32,000 bases of DNA from Nitrososphaera viennensis EN76 (GCF_000698785.1 NZ_CP007536.1:2460001-2492000); one strand, 5' to 3'; shown: positions 1-8,955, numbered from the stretch's first letter. The notes: generated by a model from the letters alone, not told the origin. A program made the numbers and translations.

Positions 1-627
1 AGCGTGCCATGTCGTTGATAATTGAGGCGCTAGGCTGTTTACGTACTCTGTTATTATCGGGATGTACTTCTGAATCCAAGTGTAGATTGTGGAATAGTTT
101 ATGTCGATTCTAAAGTGGTCAGACAGGTTGCGTGCAATCTTTCTTAGTGATAGCCCCGAAAAGTACAAGTCCAGAGTCAGGGTTACTAGCTCTGGACTGA
201 ATTTCGCTTTCTTGAGCAATGATGGCTCGGTGAATTTGTGTTGGCAGTCCTTGCACTTGAAAACCTGTTTGCCGCTTGACTGGCCGTACCTGATTGTACG
301 GATGGAACCGCAGCGATCGCATGGAATAGCATCTTCCGCAAACACTTTCGGCTTTGGTTCGTCGCGCAGGTACGTCTTTGTGGCTATCATCATGCGTACA
401 GCGAAAATATGTTTGCAGGCTTCCACCTGTCGGTATTCAAAATCGGGGCAGGTACAGACCCAGCTTTGGCCTATGAGCCTGACTTCATAGCTCATGGAGC
501 CCATCTGAGAAGGCACCTGAAAGCTCCCGTCTTGGTTTTCGACTATATTCTTGCTATTGCTTTCAAGCAGCTCCAGCCCTCTCTTCATCCGTGCTTGCGA
601 ATCGTATGCGGATTTTTGTGGTTGCAT
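1..627 (-). CDS. IS transposase, N-terminal 209 codons (ORF runs off the window edge): SWIM zinc finger + IS1 InsA-like zinc ribbon + HTH
   Basis: Absent from the ORF track because there is no stop codon inside the window. Minus-strand ATG at 627-625, then 209 codons without a stop down to position 1: MQPQKSAYDS...SWVCTCPDFEYRQVEACKHIF (CxC-x10-CxH SWIM signature), IPCDRCGS...FKCKDCQHKF (CxxC...CxxC ribbon as in IS1 InsA), GLSLRKIARNL (HTH-like), ending ...QLSTTWHA where a DDE core would start. Confidence 0.75.
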   Translation of the reverse strand, partial: MQPQKSAYDSQARMKRGLELLESNSKNIVENQDGSFQVPSQMGSMSYEVRLIGQSWVCTCPDFEYRQVEACKHIFAVRMMIATKTYLRDEPKPKVFAEDAIPCDRCGSIRTIRYGQSSGKQVFKCKDCQHKFTEPSLLKKAKFSPELVTLTLDLYFSGLSLRKIARNLSDHFRIDINYSTIYTWIQKYIPIITEYVNSLAPQLSTTWHA

Positions 628-689
628 TAGTATGGTCATTAGTATTATCATACTATGATTAATATAAAGATTATGTTGTATCATAATAC

Positions 690-700
690 ATATATTATAG
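690..700 (+). promoter_or_regulatory. TATA-like element for the AbrB-led cassette
   Basis: atatattatag centred about 27 nt upstream of the ATG at 722. This implies a leaderless or very short-leader mRNA. Confidence 0.5.
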
Positions 701-721
701 TCTGCATACTAAGTGCTGTAT

Positions 722-925
722 ATGCCAGTGAAATATACCGTGACTGTTACCTCAGTGGGTAGCAGTTCTGTCATAGTGGTTCCAAAGCCAGTACTGGAAG
801 GATTTGGCTTGAAAAAGGGCGACAAGGTTGATCTGATTGTACGCGATGACGGCATCTACATTCCGATTGCTCCACAAGACAAGGGCATCGTTGAGCCAAC
901 AATAAAAGAGGACGAGGTTTCTTGA
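722..925 (+). CDS. AbrB/SpoVT-family DNA-binding protein (antitoxin/regulator-like)
   Basis: VTVTSVGSSSVIVVPKPVLEGFGLKKGDKVDLIVRDDGIYI matches the swapped-hairpin SpoVT/AbrB pattern. The track starts at GTG 713; ATG 722 fits the TATA spacing better. Confidence 0.8.
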   Translation: MPVKYTVTVTSVGSSSVIVVPKPVLEGFGLKKGDKVDLIVRDDGIYIPIAPQDKGIVEPTIKEDEVS

Positions 926-1398
926 CCGAGGCCAAGCGTGAATATAGAAAGGCTGTCAATTTCGCTACAGTTTACGCAGACGGAGCTATCGTTCATTTCG
1001 GGCTGGATACATGCAGGATCATATTCTATACAGAAGAGATCGAGATCGAGGAAGATGGTTCGGGCATCGCAAATAACAAGAGCGTTGCCTTACTGAAGTA
1101 TGAGGTCGTTTTGCCTAGGAGTATTCTCAAACACATGGCTACAGAAACGTACAAGCTCGGCCAATTAGAACACTATGCGATTAAAATCGAAAGGTCAAAG
1201 CACGACACCGACGAGAGGGTTACGCAAGCATACTGGGAATTTGACAAGGAACTAGGCTCCATCTATTTTGACACCTACAAGGACTTGGCTAATCAGCAGA
1301 TTCGCGGACTAGCTGACAAGTTTAACGATTTGACGGCTATCGCGGGTCTCAGAAAAGAGGATTTAGAATCAGAGGGGAACGCTGATGAAAATGAATGA
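922..1398 (+). CDS. Hypothetical protein, translationally coupled to the AbrB-like gene
   Basis: TTG start overlaps the upstream stop (cTTGA). 158 aa with an acidic C-terminus. The N-terminal segment AVNFATVYADGAIVHFGLD...VVLPRSILKHM faintly resembles the DUF3467 pattern (unverified). Confidence 0.55.
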   Translation: MTEAKREYRKAVNFATVYADGAIVHFGLDTCRIIFYTEEIEIEEDGSGIANNKSVALLKYEVVLPRSILKHMATETYKLGQLEHYAIKIERSKHDTDERVTQAYWEFDKELGSIYFDTYKDLANQQIRGLADKFNDLTAIAGLRKEDLESEGNADENE

Positions 1399-1696
1399 AA
1401 ATAATATCGTACGATGTTCAAGCTGCAACGCGCCTTTAATCTACGAGGAATTGAAAGATCATATCTGTTTTACAAAGAAGCTAGTCGAGGCGCGATTTGA
1501 TACCAATGACAACAAGGTTTACGCATTTGATGGAAAAAGATGGTATCGCTGGTTCCCGCCCACCCAAAATTCAACACCCAATTCCAACACCCGAAGATTC
1601 AACAGAACCAGCGTAGTTGTAGATTCTGCTGCTGTTAGTTCTTTTATTGTGGCAGGTTTACGCATGTTCATGCATAAAGTCGGCTTCTCTTCATGA
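1385..1696 (+). CDS. Hypothetical small protein with a CxxC...HxC motif
   Basis: ATG overlaps the previous ORF by 14 nt. VRCSSCNAPLIYEELKDHIC suggests a metal-binding knuckle. Confidence 0.5.
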   Translation: MKMNENNIVRCSSCNAPLIYEELKDHICFTKKLVEARFDTNDNKVYAFDGKRWYRWFPPTQNSTPNSNTRRFNRTSVVVDSAAVSSFIVAGLRMFMHKVGFSS

Positions 1697-1714
1697 TGAA
1701 ATAAATATCAGAAA

Positions 1715-1948
1715 ATGAGCTTGCGTCCTGTCGTGAAAGTAGAACTAGAAATGTACATCGACGAAGAAGACGAATCGATCGTCCTGAAGAACGTTTCAGA
1801 AATAACGAAGCACGCAAAAGAATTGGGGTTCAAGCTGGGCGAACTTGAATTCAAAAACAGGGAATACGACAAGCGCGAAAAGAAAGAAGAAGAAAAAGGG
1901 AACAAGGAAAACAAGAAACGCCATCATGGCCATCATCACGGCAGGTAA
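1715..1948 (+). CDS. Hypothetical protein with a Lys/Glu-rich tract and His-rich C-terminus
   Basis: 77-aa ORF ending KREKKEEEKGNKENKKRHHGHHHGR, on the same strand and 18 nt after the previous ORF. Confidence 0.45.
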   Translation: MSLRPVVKVELEMYIDEEDESIVLKNVSEITKHAKELGFKLGELEFKNREYDKREKKEEEKGNKENKKRHHGHHHGR

Positions 1949-1959
1949 CAGAAAAAGGC

Positions 1960-2175
1960 ATGACGATGGTCGCAAGGCAGACGTACTGCACAAATTGCAA
2001 ACAAAACGTCGACATTGTTGATGGCAAGTATCTAAGGCTTGCAAACAAAAGGGCCGTTATTGAAGGTCAATGCCCTGCATGCGGCACAAAGCTCCTGAAG
2101 GCAAAGCTGTTGCCTAGAAATAGCGTTTTCGTGGTAAAAAGAAAAAAGAAGAGAAAGGGCCTGCTAAAGAAGTAG
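1960..2175 (+). CDS. DUF5679-like zinc-ribbon protein with a poly-lysine tail
   Basis: YCTNCKQNVDIV...GQCPACGTKLLKAK matches the YC.kCK...G.CPvCGTk pattern of DUF5679. C-terminus is KRKKKRKGLLKK. Confidence 0.6.
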   Translation: MTMVARQTYCTNCKQNVDIVDGKYLRLANKRAVIEGQCPACGTKLLKAKLLPRNSVFVVKRKKKRKGLLKK

Positions 2176-2194
2176 TAGCAGTAGCAGCACCCTT

Positions 2195-2689
2195 TTACTT
2201 TTTATCCTGTATTTCGAGCCTCGCCAGTATATCTTCCATAGTCTGCTCGTCTTCCAGCTCGTCCTTCAACAGCTCTAGCGCAAGCTCGTACGTCCCGTGA
2301 TCCTTGTCTTTTGTGGCGTTTGCCAAGTCGTTGTACAACCCGATTGCCGCCCGTTCAAATTCAAGCGCTTTTTCGACTGCGCTTCTCAGAGAAAGGTACC
2401 TCTTTGGCTCCAGCTTGCCTACCCCGCTTTCCTGCTCCCACCTTGCAGGATCGTCCGTGGGGTTTGTCCCCAGTTCCATCAGCCTTTCGTTGACTTCTTG
2501 CGCATGTCCCAGCTCTTCCTTTGCCCTATCTTCGAAAAAGTTCTCGTGCAGGACTCCAAGGCCTTCAATGTTGTTGGCCACGTACTGAAAGTAGTGAAAG
2601 GTCGACATTTCAAACGCGTATGCCTTGTGGAGCATGGCGATTGTTCCGTCTACGCCCGGTCCTGCAATTTCTAATGCCTTCTTGCCCAT
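2195..2689 (-). CDS. Ferritin-like (bacterioferritin/Dps-like) four-helix-bundle protein
   Basis: 164 aa with the EELGHAQEV (ExxH) motif and LEFERAAIGLY / LKDELEDEQ helices typical of the ferritin-like superfamily. Confidence 0.75.
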   Translation of the reverse strand: MGKKALEIAGPGVDGTIAMLHKAYAFEMSTFHYFQYVANNIEGLGVLHENFFEDRAKEELGHAQEVNERLMELGTNPTDDPARWEQESGVGKLEPKRYLSLRSAVEKALEFERAAIGLYNDLANATKDKDHGTYELALELLKDELEDEQTMEDILARLEIQDKK

Positions 2690-2714
2690 GACATTAATTC
2701 AGTAAACTTTCTCG

Positions 2715-2721
2715 TATTTAA
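2715..2721 (-). promoter_or_regulatory. TATA-like element for the ferritin-like gene
   Basis: Minus strand reads TTAAATA, centred about 29 nt upstream of the ATG at 2689. Confidence 0.45.
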
Positions 2722-2961
2722 CAATTTTACACAAAATTAGGCTGTCCTAACGAATTCTTATTATATATTAGTGTTAACTAAGAAGTTTATTGATCGCAAA
2801 ATATGGTTCTTGTTTCAAATTGTTGAGAAAATTGTCTTGGTTGATGGCCGAGACTTTTACGTGCAGTATAAAGAATAATGAAAAAAAGTGTTGCGCAAAG
2901 TCAGCCCTTTGCGGGTCTATCTGGCGTTGATATGGCGCTTTTGTGTACGAATACGGGTCTC

Positions 2962-3228
2962 TTACTGCTGCTGCGAACCTTTTTGCTCTACATCGGCAGA
3001 GGCAGCAGGGTTTTCCTTCTTTCTTGGCAGTTCCAGCCCGATTATTCCCATCATAGAATCGCCGATTGGCTCAAATATCGTCCTGAGCGACTCCTCGTCG
3101 TAAAAACGGGTAATCTCGCTCAATTTTGCTTCTATCTTTTTTTGCTCGATTTTCAAGAGGACGTATCTTGCAATCAATGCCTTGACCTCGTCTGCCTTGT
3201 CCTCCTGAATGATGTGCTTTGACGCCAT
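2962..3228 (-). CDS. Hypothetical protein
   Basis: 88-aa ORF, 43 nt downstream of ORF 3272-3481 on the same strand (probable bicistron). No recognisable motif. Confidence 0.45.
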   Translation of the reverse strand: MASKHIIQEDKADEVKALIARYVLLKIEQKKIEAKLSEITRFYDEESLRTIFEPIGDSMMGIIGLELPRKKENPAASADVEQKGSQQQ

Positions 3229-3271
3229 GTGCTTATTTCATGCCTCCAAGTTGCTAGCACTGCACACGTCT

Positions 3272-3481
3272 CTATGGCGCGTTTTTGAGCACGACGACCG
3301 ATCCGTACCTGATCTGGGTCTCGTTTAGCGCGTACGTCATCTGTTCCATGGGGTCCAGTATTCCGTTGGTGTTTTCGCAAATGAATATGGTTACGTCGGA
3401 ATCCTGCGGCTGTTCCTCATTTTTCAAAAGGGAGGAGGAAGAAGAAGATCTTGTTCTGGTGCTCGACTCTTTATTGTTCAT
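3272..3481 (-). CDS. Hypothetical protein with a Ser-rich N-terminus
   Basis: 69-aa ORF. A TATA-like tttaaatatt (minus strand, about 3503-3518) lies about 25-30 nt upstream of the ATG at 3481. Confidence 0.45.
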   Translation of the reverse strand: MNNKESSTRTRSSSSSSLLKNEEQPQDSDVTIFICENTNGILDPMEQMTYALNETQIRYGSVVVLKNAP

Positions 3482-3640
3482 GCGGGCCGCAGTTAGGCCA
3501 GCCTAATATTTAAACGGTCTTGATGGTGGTAGTGTTGTTGTTATTCTTCTGCCGCGATGCTCTTGGTCGGGCCAGCTAACCTAGTATTTTTTACCCTAAT
3601 CCGCATTTTGTGCATACAAGATTTACAACGAGACTTTTTT

Positions 3641-4276
3641 TTACTTGCCGCGCTTGAACTCGACGGCCATCTTGACTATCTGCTTGTGCATCCTTGCGTC
3701 GCCTGCAAGCTCGGGATGGAACGAGGTGCCGATGATGTTCTTTTGCTTCACCGCGACTATCTTGCCTGCGTGCCTTGCGATTACTTCGACGTCCTTGCCG
3801 ACCTCGCTTACGGCCGGCGCCCTGATAAAGACGCCCCTGAACGCGTCCTTGCCGAGCATGTCCATTTTCAGGTCCGTCTCAAAAGAGTCGTTCTGCCTGC
3901 CAAACGCGTTGCGCTCTATCACGATGTCGAGATTGCCAATCGTTTTCTGCTTGGTCTCGCCAACGACGTGATCAAACGCCCTCTTGGACAGCATTATCAT
4001 GCCCGCGCACGTGCCGAGCACTGGCATGCCTTCTGCAATGCGCTTTTTCAGCGCCGGAAGCGAGCGCTGGATTGCCGCAAGCGAGCTCTGCACCGTGCTC
4101 TCTCCTCCAGGCAGTATCAGCGCGTCGATTTTCTCCACGTCTTCGGCGTACCTTACAAGCTGTATCTTGCCGTCTATCTTTAATTCATCAAGCGCCTGCC
4201 TGGTTGCAGCGACGTTTTCCTCGATGTCGCCCTGAAAGCCAAGGACGCCTATCGTGACATTATTATTCTTGCTCAA
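3641..4276 (-). CDS. pdxT: Pyridoxal 5'-phosphate synthase, glutaminase subunit PdxT
   Basis: [26 protein letters not shown] (catalytic Cys) and GTSFHPEL motifs. 4-nt overlap with pdxS. Confidence 0.95.
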   Translation of the reverse strand: MSKNNNVTIGVLGFQGDIEENVAATRQALDELKIDGKIQLVRYAEDVEKIDALILPGGESTVQSSLAAIQRSLPALKKRIAEGMPVLGTCAGMIMLSKRAFDHVVGETKQKTIGNLDIVIERNAFGRQNDSFETDLKMDMLGKDAFRGVFIRAPAVSEVGKDVEVIARHAGKIVAVKQKNIIGTSFHPELAGDARMHKQIVKMAVEFKRGK

Positions 4277-5250
4277 GCCGACTGCCCCCTCTCCTGCATG
4301 CGAAGCTCTAGATTCTTCGTGTCAAGGCCAAGCAGCGACTTTTTCTCGTCGACCATCTTTTGCGCCTCCTTGACTATCTTGGCGTCGTCGTAGAACGTCG
4401 TTGCAAGCACTACTGCGCGTGCGCGCTGAGCCGGGTCGTCCGACTTGAATATTCCTGATCCTACAAACACGCCGTCGCATCCAAGGTTCATCAGAAACGC
4501 CGCGTCAGCCGGAGTCGTTATTCCGCCTGCCGCAAAGTTCACGACGGGGAGCCTGCCGAGCCTTGCCGTCTCTTCGACTATGGCAAACGACACCTTTAGC
4601 TCGCGCGCCGCCTTCATCAATTCTTGCTTGTCGTCGTCGAGGTAGTGCGACCTTATCCTGCGGATCTCGTTGTTTACCATGCGTATGTGCGTGACTGCCT
4701 CCGCCACGTTGCCGGTGCCCGGCTCACCCTTTGTGCGTATCATGGCCGCGCCCTCTTCAATCCTGCGCAGGGCCTCGCCGAGGTTCTTGCCGCCGTTTAC
4801 AAACGGGGTGGTAAAATCCCACTTCCAGATGTGGCGCTCCTCGTCTGCCGGCGTCAATACTTCGCTTTCGTCAATCATGTCGACACCCGTGACTTCTAGC
4901 ACCTTTGCCTCGTCGATGTGGCCGATCCTGCACTTGGCCATTATCGGGATCGTGACTGCGTCCATTATCTCCTCAATTACCTTGATGCTTGCCGTCCTTG
5001 CGACGCCTCCTGCCTTTCTCACGTCGTACGGCAGCTTGTCAAGCACCATAACCGCGACCGCGCCAGCTTCTTCTGCTATCTGCGCCTGCTCGACGCTCGT
5101 CACGTCCATGACTACGCCGTGCTTTTGCATGTGTGCAAAGCCGCGCTTTAGAAGGGTGGTGCCGCGAACCGCCTTGGCGCTCTCGCCGGCGGCATCGACC
5201 ACCTTGATGCCCTTTGCGCCCGGCTCGCTTGCGACAAGCGAAATGGTCAT
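4273..5250 (-). CDS. pdxS: Pyridoxal 5'-phosphate synthase, lyase subunit PdxS
   Basis: [48 protein letters not shown] and [13 protein letters not shown] are hallmark PdxS/SNZ segments. Confidence 0.95.
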   Translation of the reverse strand: MTISLVASEPGAKGIKVVDAAGESAKAVRGTTLLKRGFAHMQKHGVVMDVTSVEQAQIAEEAGAVAVMVLDKLPYDVRKAGGVARTASIKVIEEIMDAVTIPIMAKCRIGHIDEAKVLEVTGVDMIDESEVLTPADEERHIWKWDFTTPFVNGGKNLGEALRRIEEGAAMIRTKGEPGTGNVAEAVTHIRMVNNEIRRIRSHYLDDDKQELMKAARELKVSFAIVEETARLGRLPVVNFAAGGITTPADAAFLMNLGCDGVFVGSGIFKSDDPAQRARAVVLATTFYDDAKIVKEAQKMVDEKKSLLGLDTKNLELRMQERGQSA

Positions 5251-5323
5251 ATTTTATTACGACTGCAATTCGCTAAAATGCGTTATATAGATATTGTTTT
5301 AGCTAGCCAGTGCTAGTTGTTTT

Positions 5324-5836
5324 TTACGTCTTGCTTGCGATTATTCCGTCAAGCTGGGTGCCTACTTGTGTTATTAGCGACGGGATCGTGCCGTCGTACG
5401 CGTCCGGCTCGACCCAGCTGATCGTCTTTTGCCTGTCCGGGGTTTTTACTGAAAGCGTGTAGCTGACAAAGTTGTTGCTTGCGTTTTGCGACTGGGGATA
5501 GTCGGTCTTTGGTATGTCCATAAAGCCCGTTTCAAGCACCAGCCCCTTTATCCTGGTAAACTCGTCCCTGTTGAGCGAAAACCGCTGTGGCACCGGCATG
5601 TTCTTTTGGCGCGGGTCAGTGTTTGTGTACGTGGCAGAGCCGTCCTTGTCTATGGTCAGCGTTTCTAGCTGCGTTGTGACGAGCAGGCCGCCTCCCTCTG
5701 TCTTTGTCAGGTGCTGCCTGTTGTACTCGATGGTGATGTCCTGCGCTGCAGGCTGCTGGCTGATGTTTGGTATGGCAATCAGCACCGCCATCACTATGAC
5801 AATGCCTGCGATGGCAAAGACGAACTTGTTGACCAA
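5324..5836 (-). CDS. Membrane-anchored hypothetical protein (N-terminal TM, extracytoplasmic domain)
   Basis: TTG start. N-terminal FVFAIAGIVIVMAVLIAI hydrophobic helix followed by a soluble domain. Confidence 0.55.
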   Translation of the reverse strand: MVNKFVFAIAGIVIVMAVLIAIPNISQQPAAQDITIEYNRQHLTKTEGGGLLVTTQLETLTIDKDGSATYTNTDPRQKNMPVPQRFSLNRDEFTRIKGLVLETGFMDIPKTDYPQSQNASNNFVSYTLSVKTPDRQKTISWVEPDAYDGTIPSLITQVGTQLDGIIASKT

Positions 5837-5945
5837 CGGCTACTGCTTTTCAATAGCATGCTGGCTTTGTAATAAATTAAACGATGCTGGGGACGCAAAA
5901 GAGATATAGCCAAAATTGCCGGTTTTCTATTGGTAGCACACACAC

Positions 5946-8231
5946 TTGTTGTCAGAAGAGGCAGTGAAGATAGAGACGACGCCCGAGCTTGTCAGCCGGG
6001 TGTACGACAAGCTTGAAGCAAATGTTGCAAAATTCCGTAAAATAACCAACAACAGGCCGCTCACGCTTGCCGAGAAAATCCTGGTGGGTCACCTTGACGG
6101 CAGCGATGTCTATGAACCAGAGAGGGGCAAGAGCTATGTTTTCCTGAACCCTGACAGGGTGGCGCTGCAGGACGTCACCGGCCAGATGACAATTCTCCAG
6201 TTTGCGCAGGCAGGCTTGAAGCGCGTAAAACTTCCAACTACTGTGCACTGCGACCACCTCATCCAGGCCAAGGTCGACAGCGCCACAGACACGAGGTTTG
6301 CAATCATCCAGAACAACGAAGTGTTCCAGTTCCTAGAATCTGCGTGCAGGAAATACGGCATCGGCTTTTGGAAGCCGGGCGCCGGCATCATCCACCAGGT
6401 CGTGCTTGAGAACTATGCGTTTCCCGGCGGCCTCATGATAGGGACCGACTCGCACACGCCAAACGCCGGCGGCCTTGGCATGGTCGCAATAGGGGTCGGC
6501 GGCCTCGATGCGGCGGAGGTGATGGCAGGCATGCCGTGGGAACTGCTGTACCCAAAGCGCATCGGCGTGTACCTGAAAGGCGAGCTGAACGGCTGGGCCG
6601 CGCCAAAGGACATCATACTGTACGTCGCATCAAAATTGACGGTGTCAGGCGGCACGAACGCGATAATCGAGTATTTCGGGCCCGGAGCAAGGTCCATCAG
6701 CTGCACGGGCAAGGCGACGATAACCAACATGGGCGCAGAGATCGGCGCCACTTGCTCGGTGTTTGCGTACGACGAGCGCATGGAGACGTACCTTCGCGCC
6801 ACAAACCGTGGCGCACTAGCCGACCTTGCAAACAAGCACAGGGCGCTGTTGACAGAGGACCCGGAGGTCGAAAGGGACCCCGCAAAATACTTTGACCAAG
6901 TGATAGAAATCGACTTGTCAAAGCTGGAGCCGCACATCGTGGGTCCGCACACGCCCGACCTCGCAAGGCCGATATCCCAGATGGCGCAGGACGTGAAAAA
7001 GAACAACTACCTTGACAGCATCTCTGTCGCGCTGATTGGAAGCTGCACCAACTCTTCGTACGAGGACATGTCACGCGCTGCCGACATTGCAAAGCAGGCA
7101 AAGGAGCACGGGATGAAAACGCCAGTGTCGCTGCAGGTGACGCCCGGATCAGAGATGATCCGCGCGACCATAGAGCGCGACGGCCAGATGAAGGTGTTGC
7201 AGGACATTGGCGCAAACGTGCTTGCAAACGCCTGCGGCCCGTGCATCGGCCAGTGGAGCCGGCCGGAGCTCAAAAAGGGCGAGCCAAACACAATCGTCAC
7301 GTCGTACAACCGCAACTTTCCCGGCAGAAACGACGGCAGGCGGGAGACGATGAACTTTATCGGCAGTCCAGAATTAGTCATTGCGCTTGCGCTTGCAGGC
7401 AGGCTGTCTTTCAACCCGATAACCGACGAACTGACGGCGCCTGACGGCACAAAATTCAAGCTGCATCCGCCAGGGCAGGCCCCGGAGGTCCCAGAGAACG
7501 GCTTTCAGAACTCCAGGGACGTCTACGTGGCGCCGGCGGCAGACCCTGACAGCGTACAAGTGGTCATCGACCCAAAAAGCGACAGGCTGCAACAGCTTGC
7601 GCCGTTTGCGCCGTGGGACGGCAGGGATTTTGAAAAGCTGCCGGTGCTTGCCAAGACCAAGGGCAAGACCACCACCGACCACATATCGCCTGCGGGCGCC
7701 TGGCTGACATACCGGGGGCACCTTGACAGGATAAGCGACAACCTCCTCCTTGGCGCGGTCAACGCTTACAACGGCCAGGTTGGAAACGGCAAGAACCAGC
7801 TGAGCGGCCAGGTAGAGCCGTTCCCGCACGTTGCACGCGAGTACAAGGCAAAAGGGATCAAGTGGATCATAGTAGGCGACAGCAACTATGGCGAGGGTTC
7901 CAGCAGGGAGCACGCGGCCATGACGCCGCGCTACCTGAACTGCGCGGCAGTAATCGTAAGGTCGTTTGCAAGGATACACGAGACCAACCTGAAAAAGCAG
8001 GGCGTCCTTGCGCTCACGTTTGCCAATCCTGTCGACTATGACAAGATACTCGAAGACGACCGGCTGAGCATCGTCGGCCTGAATGACATGCAGGCAGGCA
8101 AGCCAGTAAAATGCATCATCTGCCATGCAGACGGCAGGACCGAAGAAATAGAGCTAAAGCACTCGTACAATTCTGCCCAGATCGAGTGGTTCAAGGCCGG
8201 CTCTGCCCTCAACCTGATGCAGTCAAAATAA
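5946..8231 (+). CDS. acn: Aconitate hydratase (mitochondrial-type aconitase family)
   Basis: [40 protein letters not shown] and [11 protein letters not shown] (Fe-S cysteine ligands). The start is uncertain (TTG 5946/5949 or GTG 5964). Confidence 0.95.
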   Translation: MLSEEAVKIETTPELVSRVYDKLEANVAKFRKITNNRPLTLAEKILVGHLDGSDVYEPERGKSYVFLNPDRVALQDVTGQMTILQFAQAGLKRVKLPTTVHCDHLIQAKVDSATDTRFAIIQNNEVFQFLESACRKYGIGFWKPGAGIIHQVVLENYAFPGGLMIGTDSHTPNAGGLGMVAIGVGGLDAAEVMAGMPWELLYPKRIGVYLKGELNGWAAPKDIILYVASKLTVSGGTNAIIEYFGPGARSISCTGKATITNMGAEIGATCSVFAYDERMETYLRATNRGALADLANKHRALLTEDPEVERDPAKYFDQVIEIDLSKLEPHIVGPHTPDLARPISQMAQDVKKNNYLDSISVALIGSCTNSSYEDMSRAADIAKQAKEHGMKTPVSLQVTPGSEMIRATIERDGQMKVLQDIGANVLANACGPCIGQWSRPELKKGEPNTIVTSYNRNFPGRNDGRRETMNFIGSPELVIALALAGRLSFNPITDELTAPDGTKFKLHPPGQAPEVPENGFQNSRDVYVAPAADPDSVQVVIDPKSDRLQQLAPFAPWDGRDFEKLPVLAKTKGKTTTDHISPAGAWLTYRGHLDRISDNLLLGAVNAYNGQVGNGKNQLSGQVEPFPHVAREYKAKGIKWIIVGDSNYGEGSSREHAAMTPRYLNCAAVIVRSFARIHETNLKKQGVLALTFANPVDYDKILEDDRLSIVGLNDMQAGKPVKCIICHADGRTEEIELKHSYNSAQIEWFKAGSALNLMQSK

Positions 8232-8232
8232 C

Positions 8233-8256
8233 ACAAGCCATTTTTTTACGGCTTGT
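8233..8256. terminator. Hairpin with a T7 loop between convergent genes
   Basis: ACAAGCC (8233-8239) pairs with GGCTTGT (8250-8256). The loop holds TTTTTTT (8241-8247), immediately after the aconitase stop codon; archaeal termination uses oligo-T. Confidence 0.4.
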
Positions 8257-8665
8257 CAGTCGGCGAAATGGGGAGGACCGAGTCGATTTTTATCGTTCCT
8301 GCTATGTCATAGATGCGGTACTGTTCGGTGGCTCCGTAGGAAAACACTCCTGAAATCCGGAATTGCGCGTTTGTGAATTCCGATCTTAAGAGTGTCGGCT
8401 CGTCCCCTGAAAGTTGTTCGATGTTGCTCAGCGCATAATGCCTGCCGCCAGAGCCTTTGAATCCTGGGGTACATTCTGCAGTAGTTGCACCACCAAAAAG
8501 GCCTTGTTTGTGCGGGAGGCACACCACCTGTCCTGCGATGCTGATAATCTTGCCATCCTGCATGCGGTACGGGATGTCTCCGAATGCAACGACAATGATT
8601 CCTGCTGTAGCAACAACTGCTGCCGCAGCGACAGCCGCGGTAGCCTTGAGCCGCGCTATCATCAT
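8246..8665 (-). CDS. Membrane-anchored hypothetical protein
   Basis: 139 aa. N-terminal Ala/Val-rich TM (AAVAAAAVVATAGIIVVAF) followed by a soluble domain. Confidence 0.55.
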   Translation of the reverse strand: MMIARLKATAAVAAAAVVATAGIIVVAFGDIPYRMQDGKIISIAGQVVCLPHKQGLFGGATTAECTPGFKGSGGRHYALSNIEQLSGDEPTLLRSEFTNAQFRISGVFSYGATEQYRIYDIAGTIKIDSVLPISPTDKP

Positions 8666-8723
8666 AATCGTCGTGCCTTACAAAACAAGAAACACTATAC
8701 TTTAGTTTTTATCCAAACGCGAC

Positions 8724-8736
8724 AAAGTATAATAAC
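8724..8736 (+). promoter_or_regulatory. TATA-like element for the Cys-rich mini-ORF
   Basis: aaagtataataac centred about 28 nt upstream of the GTG at 8758. Confidence 0.45.
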
Positions 8737-8757
8737 TTTGGACACGTTGAGGCAGTA

Positions 8758-8892
8758 GTGACGGCAAGCGAGGAAGTTGTCAGGTGTGACAACTGTGGCA
8801 ACCCCATCGACGCGTGCATGTGCGCATGCCCGTATTGCGGCAAAAAGGACACCTGCGACTGCTGCCTGCTTGACGCCGCGACAGGCGGCTGA
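8758..8892 (+). CDS. Small cysteine-rich protein (44 aa, 9 Cys), below the ORF-track cutoff
   Basis: GTG start, translation MTASEEVVRCDNCGNPIDACMCACPYCGKKDTCDCCLLDAATGG, with correctly spaced TATA. GC-rich third positions match neighbouring genes. The two minus-strand track ORFs covering this region look like shadows. Confidence 0.5.
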   Translation: MTASEEVVRCDNCGNPIDACMCACPYCGKKDTCDCCLLDAATGG

Positions 8893-8955
8893 CCTGTGAT
8901 TATAATAAAAAACCTGTAAACCATTAAAAGCAAGCATTGGGCAGATTTTCATGCA

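Larger units (their letters stand above)
1..700. mobile_element. End of an insertion sequence (IS1/IS6-like, family tentative); outer boundary not resolved
   Basis: Transposase 5' end at 627 plus an AT-rich 90-bp spacer. I could not identify a terminal inverted repeat because the other end lies outside the window. Confidence 0.45.

Noticed and set aside
699-709. AGTCTgcATAC next to the intact IS copy versus AGTCTaaATAC (15733-15743) at the end of the IS relic, as possible terminal repeat remnants.
   Set aside because: A 9/11 match in AT-rich DNA, with no second end available for comparison, is too weak to define IS termini.
3557-4183. Long plus-strand ORF (208 aa) plus several others antisense to pdxT/pdxS (3645-3971, 4445-4645, 4670-5290, 4918-5151).
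   Set aside because: They lie entirely opposite strongly recognisable pdxT/pdxS genes. Their Arg/Leu/Ala/His-rich, low-complexity translations are typical shadow ORFs of GC3-rich genes.
6413-8126. Minus-strand ORFs of 150-250 aa (6413-7006, 6697-7227, 7007-7459, 7374-8126) inside the aconitase gene.
   Set aside because: These are antisense shadows of a clearly identified 761-aa aconitase. Their translations are Arg/Ser/Pro/Ala-rich with no motifs.
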